Position numbers and translations under genes: made by a program. Source: an uncultured Christensenella sp. (GTDB lineage: Bacteria; Bacillota; Clostridia; Christensenellales; Borkfalkiaceae). Taken from it: DNA of 64,000 bases. Below the pieces are notes generated by a model. The model was not told the DNA's origin. It worked only from the letters and a program-made list of their open reading frames with translations, and made no database searches. Below are positions 17,627-26,390 of this stretch, piece after piece; within the stretch, counting starts at the first letter, position 1; each line of letters begins with the position of its first letter. The stretch lies in assembly GCA_910587015.1 (NCBI GenBank), contig CAJUME010000003.1:4386-68385 (forward strand), given 5' to 3'.

Positions 17627-17655
17627 TTGACAAAAACCGCGGCGGCTGTTATAAT
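17627..17655 (+). promoter_or_regulatory. Consensus sigma-A promoter of the pflA-pflB operon
   Basis: TTGACA (17627-17632) - 17 nt - TGt-TATAAT (17650-17655). Confidence 0.8.
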
Positions 17656-17674
17656 AAAGCTCCGAAAAGCAAGA

Positions 17675-17783
17675 CCGCTCGGCAACTGACGAAAACGCGA
17701 ATCGACGCAAGGAAGCCCCGCGGAATAACTTTTGTCGTTCGTCTGGGCTATTTTTGCTTAATGCAGAATAGCTTTTTTATTTT
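17675..17783 (+). promoter_or_regulatory. ZTP (pfl-motif) riboswitch with intrinsic terminator expression platform
   Basis: Conserved blocks ACUGACG (17685-17691) and CGUCUGGGC (17740-17748). Pseudoknot GACGAA/UUCGUC. P1 candidate CCGCUCGG/CCCCGCGG. Terminator stem 17746-17772 shares the GGC of the conserved block and is followed by TTTTTTATTTT. Located upstream of pfl genes, the context that named the motif. Confidence 0.7.
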
Positions 17784-17798
17784 CTTAAACGGTGGCAA

Positions 17799-18521
17799 AT
17801 GGAAGGGTTTATTCATTCTTTTGAAAGCTTCGGCACGGTAGACGGTCCGGGAATACGCTTCGTCGTTTTTATGCAGGGCTGTCCTATGCGCTGCAAGTAC
17901 TGCCATAACCCCGATACATGGCGCTTTGGCGCGGGCAAAAAATATACTGCCGCAGACGTGTTTAAAGAGATTTTAAAATACAAAAGCTATATTAAAAGCG
18001 GCGGTGTTACCGTTTCGGGCGGGGAACCGCTTCTGCAAGCCGAATTTATCACTGAACTTTTCCGTCTTTTAAAGGCGGAGGGCATTCACACCGCGCTCGA
18101 TACTTCGGGTGTTACATTCGATAAAGACAATCCGCAAAGCGTTGAAAAGCATTTAAGCGTTTTGAGGTATACCGATTTGGTGCTTTTGGATATAAAGCAT
18201 ATAGACGAAGACGAGCATAAAGCTTTGACGGGCTTTTCAAACGAAAATACTCTCGCTTTTGCAAGGTATTTATCGGAAAACGGCAAAAAAATATGGATAC
18301 GGCACGTGCTCGTTCCCGATATAACCGATAACGACGAATATCTGCATAAATTAAAGCGGTTTATTGACGGTTTAAGCACGGTAGAGCGGGTAGAGGTTCT
18401 GCCCTATCACACAATGGGCGAGGTCAAGTACGAAAGGCTGGGTATGCAATACCCGCTTAAAGGCGTTTTGCCGCCGTCAAAGGAGCGGATAGAAAACGCC
18501 CGTAAAATACTGAAAATATAA
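17799..18521 (+). CDS. pflA: Pyruvate formate-lyase activating enzyme (radical SAM)
   Basis: ..IHSFESFGTVDGPGIRFVVFMQGCPMRCKYCHNPDTW.. near-identical in pattern to E. coli PflA. 240 aa. Confidence 0.92.
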   Translation: MEGFIHSFESFGTVDGPGIRFVVFMQGCPMRCKYCHNPDTWRFGAGKKYTAADVFKEILKYKSYIKSGGVTVSGGEPLLQAEFITELFRLLKAEGIHTALDTSGVTFDKDNPQSVEKHLSVLRYTDLVLLDIKHIDEDEHKALTGFSNENTLAFARYLSENGKKIWIRHVLVPDITDNDEYLHKLKRFIDGLSTVERVEVLPYHTMGEVKYERLGMQYPLKGVLPPSKERIENARKILKI

Positions 18522-18547
18522 ATTTAACTTATAAAGAGGTTTAAAAT

Positions 18548-20575
18548 ATGCAATTTAAGGCTTGGGAAGGCTTTTCTGCGGGCAAATGGTGCGCAGAGGT
18601 AAACGTAAGGGACTTTATTCAGCGCAACTATGCGCCCTATGACGGCGGGGACGAATTTCTTGCTCCGCCCACAAGCGCAACCAAAAAGCTGTGGAAGGAA
18701 ATTTGCGAGCTTTCCGATAAAGAGCGCAAGGCTGGCGGCGTGCTCGACGCGGATACTAAAATCGTTTCCTCGCTTACCTCCCACGGCGCGGGCTACATTG
18801 ATAAAGCTCTGGAAAAAATAGTCGGCTTACAGACGGACGTGCCCTTTAAGCGCGCGTTGCAGCCCTTCGGCGGAATAAGAATGTCCTCGGACGCGCTTGA
18901 AATGTACGGCTATCATATAGACGACAGCGTAAAGGAAATTTTTACAAAATATCGCAAAACGCACAATGACGGCGTTTACGACGCATACACTCCCGAAATG
19001 CGCCGCGCCCGCCGCGCTCACATTCTTACGGGGCTGCCCGATACCTACGGCAGAGGCAGAATAATAGGCGACTACCGCAGAGTAGCGCTTTACGGCGTGG
19101 ACTTTTTGATTGAGCAAAAGGAAAAGGACAAGCTGTTGATGGACGGGGATATGGTTCCCGATAAAATCCGCGACAGAGAAGAGCTTTCCGAGCAGATTAA
19201 AGCGCTTAAAGCCCTTAAAAAGCTTGCGGAAATTTACGGTCGCGACATATCCAAGCCCGCGCAAACCGCGCAGGAGGCAATTCAGGCGCTGTACTTCGGC
19301 TATCTTGCCGCAGTCAAGGACCAGAACGGCGCGGCAATGTCGATTGGCAGAAATTCCACCTTCCTCGATATTTATATTCAGCGCGATATCGCAAGCGGCG
19401 CGCTCACCGAAAAAGACGCGCAGGAGCTTATAGACCATTTCGTTATGAAGCTGCGCATTATCAAGTTTATGCGCATAAAGGAGTATAACGAGCTGTTTTC
19501 CGGCGACCCCACATGGGTTACCGAATCAATCGGCGGCATGGGCGTGGACGGAAGAACGCTTGTAACAAAAACCTCGTTCAGAATTCTGCACACCCTCCAA
19601 AACCTCGGCCCCGCGCCCGAGCCCAACCTTACCGTATTGTGGAGCAAAAGCCTGCCCGAAGGCTTCAAAGCGTTCTGCGCAAAGCTTTCCATTCAAACCT
19701 CGGCAATACAGTACGAAAGCGACGACTTAATGCGTCCCGAAATGGGCGACGATTATTGCATAGCGTGCTGCGTAAGCGGTATGCGCGTCGGTAAGGATAT
19801 GCAGTTCTTCGGCGCGCGCGCCAACCTTGCAAAATGCCTTCTGTACGCAATCAACGGCGGCAAGGACGAGTGCATTGTGGACAAGGCTACGGGCAAGGCG
19901 TTGCAGGTTTCGCCCGAGTTCGCTCCCGTCCTCGGCGACGGAAAGCTCGACTTCGAGGAGGTTAAGCAGAAGTACGAGAATATGATGGGCTGGCTTGCGG
20001 GACTGTATGTAAACGTGCTCAACTTAATTCACTATATGCACGATAAATACAGCTATGAAGCGCTTGAAATGGCTCTTCACGATACCGAGGTAAGAAGGTT
20101 CTTCGCCACGGGCGTTGCGGGGCTTTCATGCGCGGCGGACTCGCTTTCGGCTATCAAATACGCAAGCGTCTACCCCGTAAGGAACGGGGAGGGCATAGTC
20201 GTCGACTTTAAAATAGAGGGCGACTATCCCAAGTACGGCAACAACGACGACAGGGTGGACGAGCTTGCCGTTTGGCTGGTTAAAACCTTTATGGAAAAAA
20301 TCAAAAGCCACTACACCTACCGCAACAGTGTGCCCACAATGTCTATCCTTACCATTACAAGCAACGTCGTATACGGAAAGAACACGGGCAACACCCCCGA
20401 CGGAAGACGTGCGGGCGAACCGCTTGCCCCCGGCGCAAACCCCATGCACGGCAGAGATTGCTGCGGCGCGCTTGCTTCGCTGGAATCGGTTGCAAAGCTG
20501 CCCTACGAGTACGCCCGCGACGGTATTTCCAATACCTTCTCGATAACCCCCGAATCCCTCGGCAAAAACGATTAA
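18548..20575 (+). CDS. pflB: Formate C-acetyltransferase (pyruvate formate-lyase), catalytic barrel only - lacks the C-terminal glycyl-radical domain
   Basis: ..[16 protein letters not shown].., ..[16 protein letters not shown].., active-site ACCVS (Cys codons 19766-19771), ..[22 protein letters not shown]... Ends ..[10 protein letters not shown]-stop where intact PflB continues. Confidence 0.9.
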   Translation: MQFKAWEGFSAGKWCAEVNVRDFIQRNYAPYDGGDEFLAPPTSATKKLWKEICELSDKERKAGGVLDADTKIVSSLTSHGAGYIDKALEKIVGLQTDVPFKRALQPFGGIRMSSDALEMYGYHIDDSVKEIFTKYRKTHNDGVYDAYTPEMRRARRAHILTGLPDTYGRGRIIGDYRRVALYGVDFLIEQKEKDKLLMDGDMVPDKIRDREELSEQIKALKALKKLAEIYGRDISKPAQTAQEAIQALYFGYLAAVKDQNGAAMSIGRNSTFLDIYIQRDIASGALTEKDAQELIDHFVMKLRIIKFMRIKEYNELFSGDPTWVTESIGGMGVDGRTLVTKTSFRILHTLQNLGPAPEPNLTVLWSKSLPEGFKAFCAKLSIQTSAIQYESDDLMRPEMGDDYCIACCVSGMRVGKDMQFFGARANLAKCLLYAINGGKDECIVDKATGKALQVSPEFAPVLGDGKLDFEEVKQKYENMMGWLAGLYVNVLNLIHYMHDKYSYEALEMALHDTEVRRFFATGVAGLSCAADSLSAIKYASVYPVRNGEGIVVDFKIEGDYPKYGNNDDRVDELAVWLVKTFMEKIKSHYTYRNSVPTMSILTITSNVVYGKNTGNTPDGRRAGEPLAPGANPMHGRDCCGALASLESVAKLPYEYARDGISNTFSITPESLGKND

Positions 20576-20694
20576 AACGCATATATACGTCGCAATACTG
20601 TGTCGCGCTCCGCTTTTTTTGCTCGTGTACGCATTGTACATGTCGCTTCAAAAATGCTCGCGCTCCTTGTCTTGCTCGCATCTCTGCGTTTTAA
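20572..20694. repeat. Inverted-repeat-bounded segment of the spacer splitting pflB
   Basis: TTAAAACGCA (20572-20581) / TGCGTTTTAA (20685-20694), a perfect 10-bp IR. Internal degenerate direct repeats (TGTCGC..GCTCG twice, CGCGCTCC twice). Confidence 0.6.
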
Positions 20695-20718
20695 ATTACA
20701 ATAAAAAAGGAGTAAAAG

Positions 20719-20952
20719 ATGACAAATCAGGAAAAAAATTTAGTAAACCTGCTTGACGCATACGTTGCGGACGGCGGCTATCATTTAAACGTCAACGTAT
20801 TTAACAGAGAAACCCTTCTCGATGCGCAGGCTCACCCCGAAAAATATCCCCAGCTTACAATAAGGGTTTCGGGCTATGCCGTCAATTTCAACAAGCTCAC
20901 GCGCGAGCAGCAGAACGACGTTATTTCGCGCACAATTCACCAGACCTTTTAA
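20719..20952 (+). CDS. Stand-alone glycyl-radical domain (C-terminal piece of PFL; GrcA/YfiD-like)
   Basis: ..[54 protein letters not shown].. equals the PflB C-terminus / GrcA. Gly codon 20872-20874. Own SD AAGGAG (20707-20712) 6 nt before ATG. Confidence 0.88.
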   Translation: MTNQEKNLVNLLDAYVADGGYHLNVNVFNRETLLDAQAHPEKYPQLTIRVSGYAVNFNKLTREQQNDVISRTIHQTF

Positions 20953-20967
20953 GGCGGCAAATCGTCT

Positions 20968-20990
20968 AAGCGCGACTTATAGTCGCGCTT
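20968..20990 (+). terminator. Terminator-like hairpin after the pfl operon
   Basis: AAGCGCGAC (20968-20976) / GTCGCGCTT (20982-20990), followed by a weak T-tract TAATGCTTT. Confidence 0.55.
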
Positions 20991-20999
20991 TAATGCTTT

Positions 21000-21797
21000 A
21001 TGGGTAGCTTTAAAATAAATTTTAAATTACAGAAATTAAATAAAATCAAGCCGTTCGGTAAAAAGGGCGGTTACAGCCTCGGCTGGTTCGGTCTGACCGA
21101 CGGCTTGCTGTGGATTAGCGTCGGCGGGCAAACAATTTACGAATACGGTAAAGAGGCGCGTAAACGTTTTCACCGTTGCAAAAAATATAACGATTATTAT
21201 TTAGCCCGCTTTTTAGAGGATTTTTTCAAAACCTTTCGATATGTTGGCGAGCCGATACCCGAAAAGCTTTACGATAATGTCGAAAATTTTGCATTGAGGG
21301 CGGAAAAGTGGCTTGATAGCTACGGTGACGAGGCGGACGAAATTTACGAAAAATTTTATTCCGAAGAATTTTTTCCGCTTTACGAGTGGTATTCCCAAAG
21401 GTCGTTCGATTCCGCACATTTGCTCGGCGGACCCGATATCGGTTGTTTCAGATGCGAAAATAAAATCAAAATCGTCTGGCAAAGCGATTACGCTCTCGAT
21501 AACGGAAAAAGTATTTGGACGGCTCCGCACGGCTGTTTTGAGTTGCCTTATAACGATTTTGTTTGGGCTGTCGAAGCTTTTTTTGAAGACTTTTGCGCCG
21601 AAATGGATATGCAGATCGAAAATGCGCTTAAAAAGAATTGGAAAAAGCTTTTAGTCGATAAACAAAAGCTTGTTAAAGAAAACGGGTCGAGAAGGTCGGA
21701 ATTTTTGCAATGTATTTCCTTGCTTAAAACCAACAAAACGGTTACCGATTGGGAAAAAATTATTGCAATTTATCAAAAAATGACGGAAGAGGTCTGA
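21000..21797 (+). CDS. Hypothetical cytoplasmic protein (W/F/Y/E-rich, no motif recognised)
   Basis: 265-aa ORF, no TM or signal peptide, no SD. An in-frame stop lies 3 codons upstream so the start cannot be extended. Visibly more AT-rich than its neighbours. Confidence 0.5.
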   Translation: MGSFKINFKLQKLNKIKPFGKKGGYSLGWFGLTDGLLWISVGGQTIYEYGKEARKRFHRCKKYNDYYLARFLEDFFKTFRYVGEPIPEKLYDNVENFALRAEKWLDSYGDEADEIYEKFYSEEFFPLYEWYSQRSFDSAHLLGGPDIGCFRCENKIKIVWQSDYALDNGKSIWTAPHGCFELPYNDFVWAVEAFFEDFCAEMDMQIENALKKNWKKLLVDKQKLVKENGSRRSEFLQCISLLKTNKTVTDWEKIIAIYQKMTEEV

Positions 21798-21838
21798 TTT
21801 TTTCACTGCGTATATTTAAATAAACTGCGTAAAACAGT

Positions 21839-21866
21839 TTGTTATAGAATAATAATATGATATAAT
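21839..21866 (+). promoter_or_regulatory. Candidate promoter of the M60-like protease gene
   Basis: TTGTTA (21839-21844) - 16 nt - TGa-TATAAT (21861-21866). Confidence 0.5.
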
Positions 21867-21949
21867 ACGGACAATATCGGGCGCATAACTTTATGCGCCC
21901 CTTGTATAAAGCGGCTTTATACAAAAAACATTATAAGGAGCTTTGTTTG

Positions 21950-24900
21950 ATGAAAATAGGAAAATTCGAAATCACCAGAAGAATAAAAATAGTCGCTATA
22001 GTTGCGCTTGCCGCAGTTCTGCTTATAGCAGCAATTCTCGGCATAGGCGCGATAGTCGGCACGGGCGCAAATGCTGTGGCATGGAAAAACACCACCAAAA
22101 CTCCCAAGGTGATGTATTATTCCGAATATCTCGGCACGGTAGAGCGCAATATTCCCTCAACAATGGAAAACGGCGGACTTGAAGCATATCCCAAGTACGG
22201 CTATACGCTTAACAGCGTTTTAGGCAGCGCCAATGTTTCCAAAAGAAACGAGCTTATTTCTGAAAGCTGGCAGCTTTGCTCGGTAAATACCCGCATTGGT
22301 ACTGACGGTTATCCTAAAAACACTTACGACAGTATCGCTAAGGACGGAAGGCTGTTGCTTAACGGGGTTGATACTGGCAGAAGGCTATATAAGCATACCG
22401 CTTCCGTAGGTATGTATCTCGGCGATGTTGACGACAGCGAGCCGGGAATAATAAAAAAGCTTACGTTCTCACCCAGAAGCTACGGCAGATACTATAACGT
22501 AACTGGCGTTTACGCGCCCGCGGGCGAGGTTGTCAAAATAGAAATATCCGAAGAGGATATGAACGCCACAAACGGAATTACGGTATATATCGGTCAGGCG
22601 CTCTATAACGGTAAGGCCAACAATATATGGGCGTCAAAAAATGCAATGAACCGTATGCCCGTAATTATGAACACGTTAAACATAACAAAAACCAACGCTA
22701 CGCTCGAGAATGGAGTTTACACTGCTTACATAGGCTCGTTTTTGGGCGGCCCCATATACGTTGTGCACGAGGGCGTTAATTTTTCGGTTACAATTTCGGG
22801 CGGGGTGCGCTATTCGCACTATATTTACGGCTATACTACCGAAAAGGAGTTTGAGGAAAACGCCAAATCCTCCGCGCCCTATTTCGATTTAGAGGTATGG
22901 GATAACGGAGTTTTACATTCCGGACCCAAAACCTACGCCAAAAATTTCAGCTATGACGATTTAACCAAAGCCGCCGAGCTTTGGGATAAAATTTCGCTTG
23001 TTTCCACAAAGGTTTCCACGCAGGGCATAGTATTTTTGTACGACCCGTTCGTTGCGGCGGGCGCGGCGGTTGCCTTCCCCGGACAGGGCTCCGTAAACTG
23101 TCCGTCGGGCTGGATGTCTTCGTCGCTCAATTACAAATCGTTCACAAACTCGGGCGCGTGGGGAAATATGCACGAATATAACCACAATTTCCAGAGCGGC
23201 TGGGGACGCGGCAACGGCGGCGAGGTTACGAATAACGCGCTTAATATCGTAGAATACAGCTTGTTTACCAATATTTCCTCGCACAGAAGGATAGGCCTTT
23301 CGGGCGATGGCTTGGGCGGCTGGAACAGATACACAAGCCCGAGCTGGTCGCTGAATCAAACGCTTTTGAACGCGGTGGACGGGGTTAATCCCGAATATCC
23401 GCTGAACGAATATTCCACAGTAATACACAACCTCGGACAGGAAGTGTTCATGGACGCAATTCAAAAGCAGAGAACCACTTCCGCGTACACAACAACCTAC
23501 ACGGGCTGGTACGGCGCTCTGTCGGAAACCTCCCATTACGATTTTACATACTTTTTCAGCGATATTTTAAGGGCGGATTTGGACGCGGAAATCGTAGATA
23601 AAATCCAATCGAAAAAGTATCCCGCGTTTATTCCCGCGGCAAGCATTTATCAGACGGGCAGAAGCTTTTATTATTACGAATACGAGAAAATGCTTGACGA
23701 AAACGGACAGGAAACCGCAGAGGACAATCCGGACAAAATAAAATCCAAAACGAAAAAATATTGCGAAACGGCAAAGCCTTATGTTATACCCTACGGACAG
23801 GATTTTACCGTGGATTTATCGCCGTATACTTTGAATGAAGGCGGTCAGTACCAAAGCGGAAGCGTAGTTCTGCCCTCAGGCTTTACCTATAAAATAAAGA
23901 AGGTTTCTTCTCCCGAGCACGGTAAAATGAAGAAGGGCAAGGACAATGTTTATACCTTCGTACCGGATAAGAAGAATTTGGATTCGGGTAAAATCTATGT
24001 AACATTGCAAATTAAAAAGGAAGGCGAATCAACCAAGTTCGAGGATATCGAGCTTGTGCTTGAATTCCACCAGTCCTACGAAATGAATAAAAACGTTATC
24101 GAAAGAACGTCTTACTCCTTCGATACTCCCGTGTATACCGATGCCGTTGAAGCGTACGAAAACGAGTATAAGGGTTATAAGGAGGTTGTTTCCGCCGACA
24201 ATAAAAACCCCGTGCAAAACTCCAATTCAGAAGTATGGTATACTTCCGCGGAGGACGTGCCCCAAAACGGCGTGGTAGAAATAAAGGGTAAGCTTTACAT
24301 AAGCGAAAGCGGCAAATACAGGGTTGCGCTGCGCGGAAGATACAACTGTGCGCTGTACATGGCGGTCGTGGACGATAAGACCGACCCCTCGACGGTAAAG
24401 ACGTCCGATTATAAGCTTGCCGCGCGCATAACCAACGCAAGCGGCGGCGCGGGCTTCACGCTGGCGGAGGGAACGTATTGCGATTTCGAAGATTTGCATG
24501 CGGGGCAGTGGCTGTATTATAAAGCTGTTATGATATGCACGACTACGCCTAGAATAAGCTTTATCGGCTTAGGCTGGGGCAAGTTCGAAACGATGGGCGG
24601 CACCATTGACGAGGAGGGTAACGTTGTCGGAGGGGTAGAGGACACTCCGCCTAAGATAAGCTATGCAACTTCTTACAGAAACGAGTATAAATTCGATGCT
24701 TTGGAATTTAAAACCGAGTATTTCTACGAGCACAGCTACAACGTAAGCTATTCCAACGTGCTGACGGAAATAGACGGCAAAAGCATTGTAGAGGTTAAAA
24801 ACTTTACCCCTTGGGACGATACCCGCAAGATAGAGAACCTTATCGATAACGATACAACCAACTACATGCATTCAAAGGAGTACGTTTCCGCCGAAAAGCC

Positions 24901-25558
24901 CTTTGATATGACGGTTGACCTCGGCAAAATAATTTCCGCAAGCCGCGTAACCTTCTACGGCTACGATATAGGCAAAAAGCACACGCCCACAACGTTTGAA
25001 TTTTATGTGGGAGAAAAGCCGGAAAGCTTAAAGCTTGTTGCAAAAATAACAAACGGCGGACTGTCCGGTCATAATTCCGCATTTAATTTGACGGGCGGCG
25101 AGCAAAATTTCCGCTATTACAGACTTGTGGTAACAGATACGGCGACCCACCAGTATATCGCCTTGCGCGAAATCGAGTTTTCCGTTTCGGCAACCGGCAA
25201 CCTTTTCGGTCCTCAGGACGAAAGATTTGAATACGGCGGCAAAAACGCATGGAGCTACGAAAACGCCTTTGCAAGCTTCGGACAGATTGCCGTAGGCACC
25301 TCAAAAGCCTCGTTCGAATTCGAGTTCACGGGCACGCGCGTTGCATTGTATTCGGTTTTCGGTGATAATTACAGCGGCTATACCGTTTATGTCGACGGTA
25401 AAAAGCAGGCGGTTGTCAACCTCGGAGTTGGCAATGGTCAGCAGTGCGCATTTATAACCGAAACAAGGCTTAAGCAAGGCAAGCACAAGGTTAAAATAAA
25501 GCCTCTTGGCAAAAAGGACGTAAAAATCAATATTGCCGCGATAGGCGTTTGGGAATAA
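21950..25558 (+). CDS. Membrane-anchored M60-like (enhancin-type) zinc metallopeptidase with PA14-like and F5/8 type C (discoidin) carbohydrate-binding modules
   Basis: N-terminal anchor IVAIVALAAVLLIAAILGIGAIV. HEXXH = HEYNH (23171-23185) with downstream Glu (GGEVTNN). ..GKYRVALRGRYNCALYM.. PA14-like. ..NLIDNDTTNYMHS..RYYRLVV..IALREIEF.. discoidin-like. AAGGAG SD before ATG 21950. Confidence 0.75.
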   Translation: MKIGKFEITRRIKIVAIVALAAVLLIAAILGIGAIVGTGANAVAWKNTTKTPKVMYYSEYLGTVERNIPSTMENGGLEAYPKYGYTLNSVLGSANVSKRNELISESWQLCSVNTRIGTDGYPKNTYDSIAKDGRLLLNGVDTGRRLYKHTASVGMYLGDVDDSEPGIIKKLTFSPRSYGRYYNVTGVYAPAGEVVKIEISEEDMNATNGITVYIGQALYNGKANNIWASKNAMNRMPVIMNTLNITKTNATLENGVYTAYIGSFLGGPIYVVHEGVNFSVTISGGVRYSHYIYGYTTEKEFEENAKSSAPYFDLEVWDNGVLHSGPKTYAKNFSYDDLTKAAELWDKISLVSTKVSTQGIVFLYDPFVAAGAAVAFPGQGSVNCPSGWMSSSLNYKSFTNSGAWGNMHEYNHNFQSGWGRGNGGEVTNNALNIVEYSLFTNISSHRRIGLSGDGLGGWNRYTSPSWSLNQTLLNAVDGVNPEYPLNEYSTVIHNLGQEVFMDAIQKQRTTSAYTTTYTGWYGALSETSHYDFTYFFSDILRADLDAEIVDKIQSKKYPAFIPAASIYQTGRSFYYYEYEKMLDENGQETAEDNPDKIKSKTKKYCETAKPYVIPYGQDFTVDLSPYTLNEGGQYQSGSVVLPSGFTYKIKKVSSPEHGKMKKGKDNVYTFVPDKKNLDSGKIYVTLQIKKEGESTKFEDIELVLEFHQSYEMNKNVIERTSYSFDTPVYTDAVEAYENEYKGYKEVVSADNKNPVQNSNSEVWYTSAEDVPQNGVVEIKGKLYISESGKYRVALRGRYNCALYMAVVDDKTDPSTVKTSDYKLAARITNASGGAGFTLAEGTYCDFEDLHAGQWLYYKAVMICTTTPRISFIGLGWGKFETMGGTIDEEGNVVGGVEDTPPKISYATSYRNEYKFDALEFKTEYFYEHSYNVSYSNVLTEIDGKSIVEVKNFTPWDDTRKIENLIDNDTTNYMHSKEYVSAEKPFDMTVDLGKIISASRVTFYGYDIGKKHTPTTFEFYVGEKPESLKLVAKITNGGLSGHNSAFNLTGGEQNFRYYRLVVTDTATHQYIALREIEFSVSATGNLFGPQDERFEYGGKNAWSYENAFASFGQIAVGTSKASFEFEFTGTRVALYSVFGDNYSGYTVYVDGKKQAVVNLGVGNGQQCAFITETRLKQGKHKVKIKPLGKKDVKINIAAIGVWE

Positions 25559-25565
25559 TGCATGC

Positions 25566-25616
25566 AAAACCCCGCCGCGCCCGTAAATTTACGGGCGCGG
25601 CGGGGTTGTTTTTTTA
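25566..25616. terminator. Bidirectional terminator
   Basis: ACCCCGCCGCGCCCGTAAA / TTTACGGGCGCGGCGGGGT flanked by A-run and TGTTTTTTT. Confidence 0.85.
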
Positions 25617-25622
25617 ACAAAG

Positions 25623-26321
25623 TTATGAATAATAGCTAATTGCGCCTTTAAAAATGCTGTAAGCAATTTCCTTTCGGTGTTCTGACGAGGTCAAAAGCTT
25701 TTCGTCCTCCGTGTTCGATAAAAACCCGCATTCCACAATAACAGACGGGCTTTGCGTGCATTTCAGCATATAATAATCGCCTGCAAGCGCCTCGTTTGCT
25801 TTAATTTCGGAATTAAGTCCGTTCAGCTCCTTCTGAATGCATTGCGCAAGCTCGGTGCCGCTTTCGCTCGATTTATCGAAGAATACCGTTCCGCCGCGCT
25901 TAGAGGGGATAGAGCAAAAATTCTGGTGTATGGAAATAACCATATCCGCGCCGCTTTCCTCTATAATCTGCTTGCGCTTTTTCATGTCCCGCATTTTAAA
26001 GCCCTTTGTGGGCGCGCCGTAAAGCCCCGCGTTGGTCTTTCTGGTCATAACAACCTTAAAGCCCGCGTTCGCGAAATACCCCTTCAGCTGCTTTGCCAAA
26101 GCAAGGTTTATATCGCTTTCCTTTGTGTTGGTGTTTATGCCGTAAACGCCCGCGTCCATTCCGCCGTGCCCCGCGTCTATAACAACCACCTTCTCACGCA
26201 CGGAGGCGGTGGAGGCAGTTGTTGCCGCCGCGGCTCCGCAACAAATTCCTATTGCAACGCCAAGGCATAAAATTGCCGCCAGCGCAATTAACGCGCCTTT
26301 TTTTAAAACTATAAATTTCAC
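25623..26321 (-). CDS. cwlD: N-acetylmuramoyl-L-alanine amidase, CwlD-like (germination-specific)
   Basis: ..VVIDAGHGGMDAGVYG..ESDINLALAKQLKGYF..GFKVVMTR..MVISIHQN.. Amidase_3 pattern. GTG 26321 with AGGA 6 nt upstream gives a signal-anchor N-terminus. The longer listed ORF would overlap mrnC. Confidence 0.8.
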   Translation of the reverse strand: MKFIVLKKGALIALAAILCLGVAIGICCGAAAATTASTASVREKVVVIDAGHGGMDAGVYGINTNTKESDINLALAKQLKGYFANAGFKVVMTRKTNAGLYGAPTKGFKMRDMKKRKQIIEESGADMVISIHQNFCSIPSKRGGTVFFDKSSESGTELAQCIQKELNGLNSEIKANEALAGDYYMLKCTQSPSVIVECGFLSNTEDEKLLTSSEHRKEIAYSIFKGAISYYS

Positions 26322-26390
26322 GCTATATCCTATGGAATTATTGCTTTTTTTATGATAACATGTTAAAATAAAACATAAGAGAATGGGAGT

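Noticed and set aside
17542-17841. 99-aa ORF upstream of and overlapping pflA
   Set aside because: It runs through the palindromic boxes, the consensus promoter and the ZTP riboswitch. It is a non-coding regulatory region.
20576-20718. Group I intron, intein or programmed bypass as the explanation for the pflB interruption
   Set aside because: 143 bp is too short for a group I or II intron. An intein would be an in-frame protein insertion, but here there is a stop, a frame change and a dedicated SD plus ATG. I saw no take-off/landing codon pair or other bypass signal, so bypassing is untested rather than supported.
20639-20749. 36-codon Cys-rich small ORF (MSLQKCSRSLSCSHLC..) inside the pflB spacer
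   Set aside because: It has no SD and overlaps the SD and start of the glycyl-radical ORF out of frame. It is most likely fortuitous.
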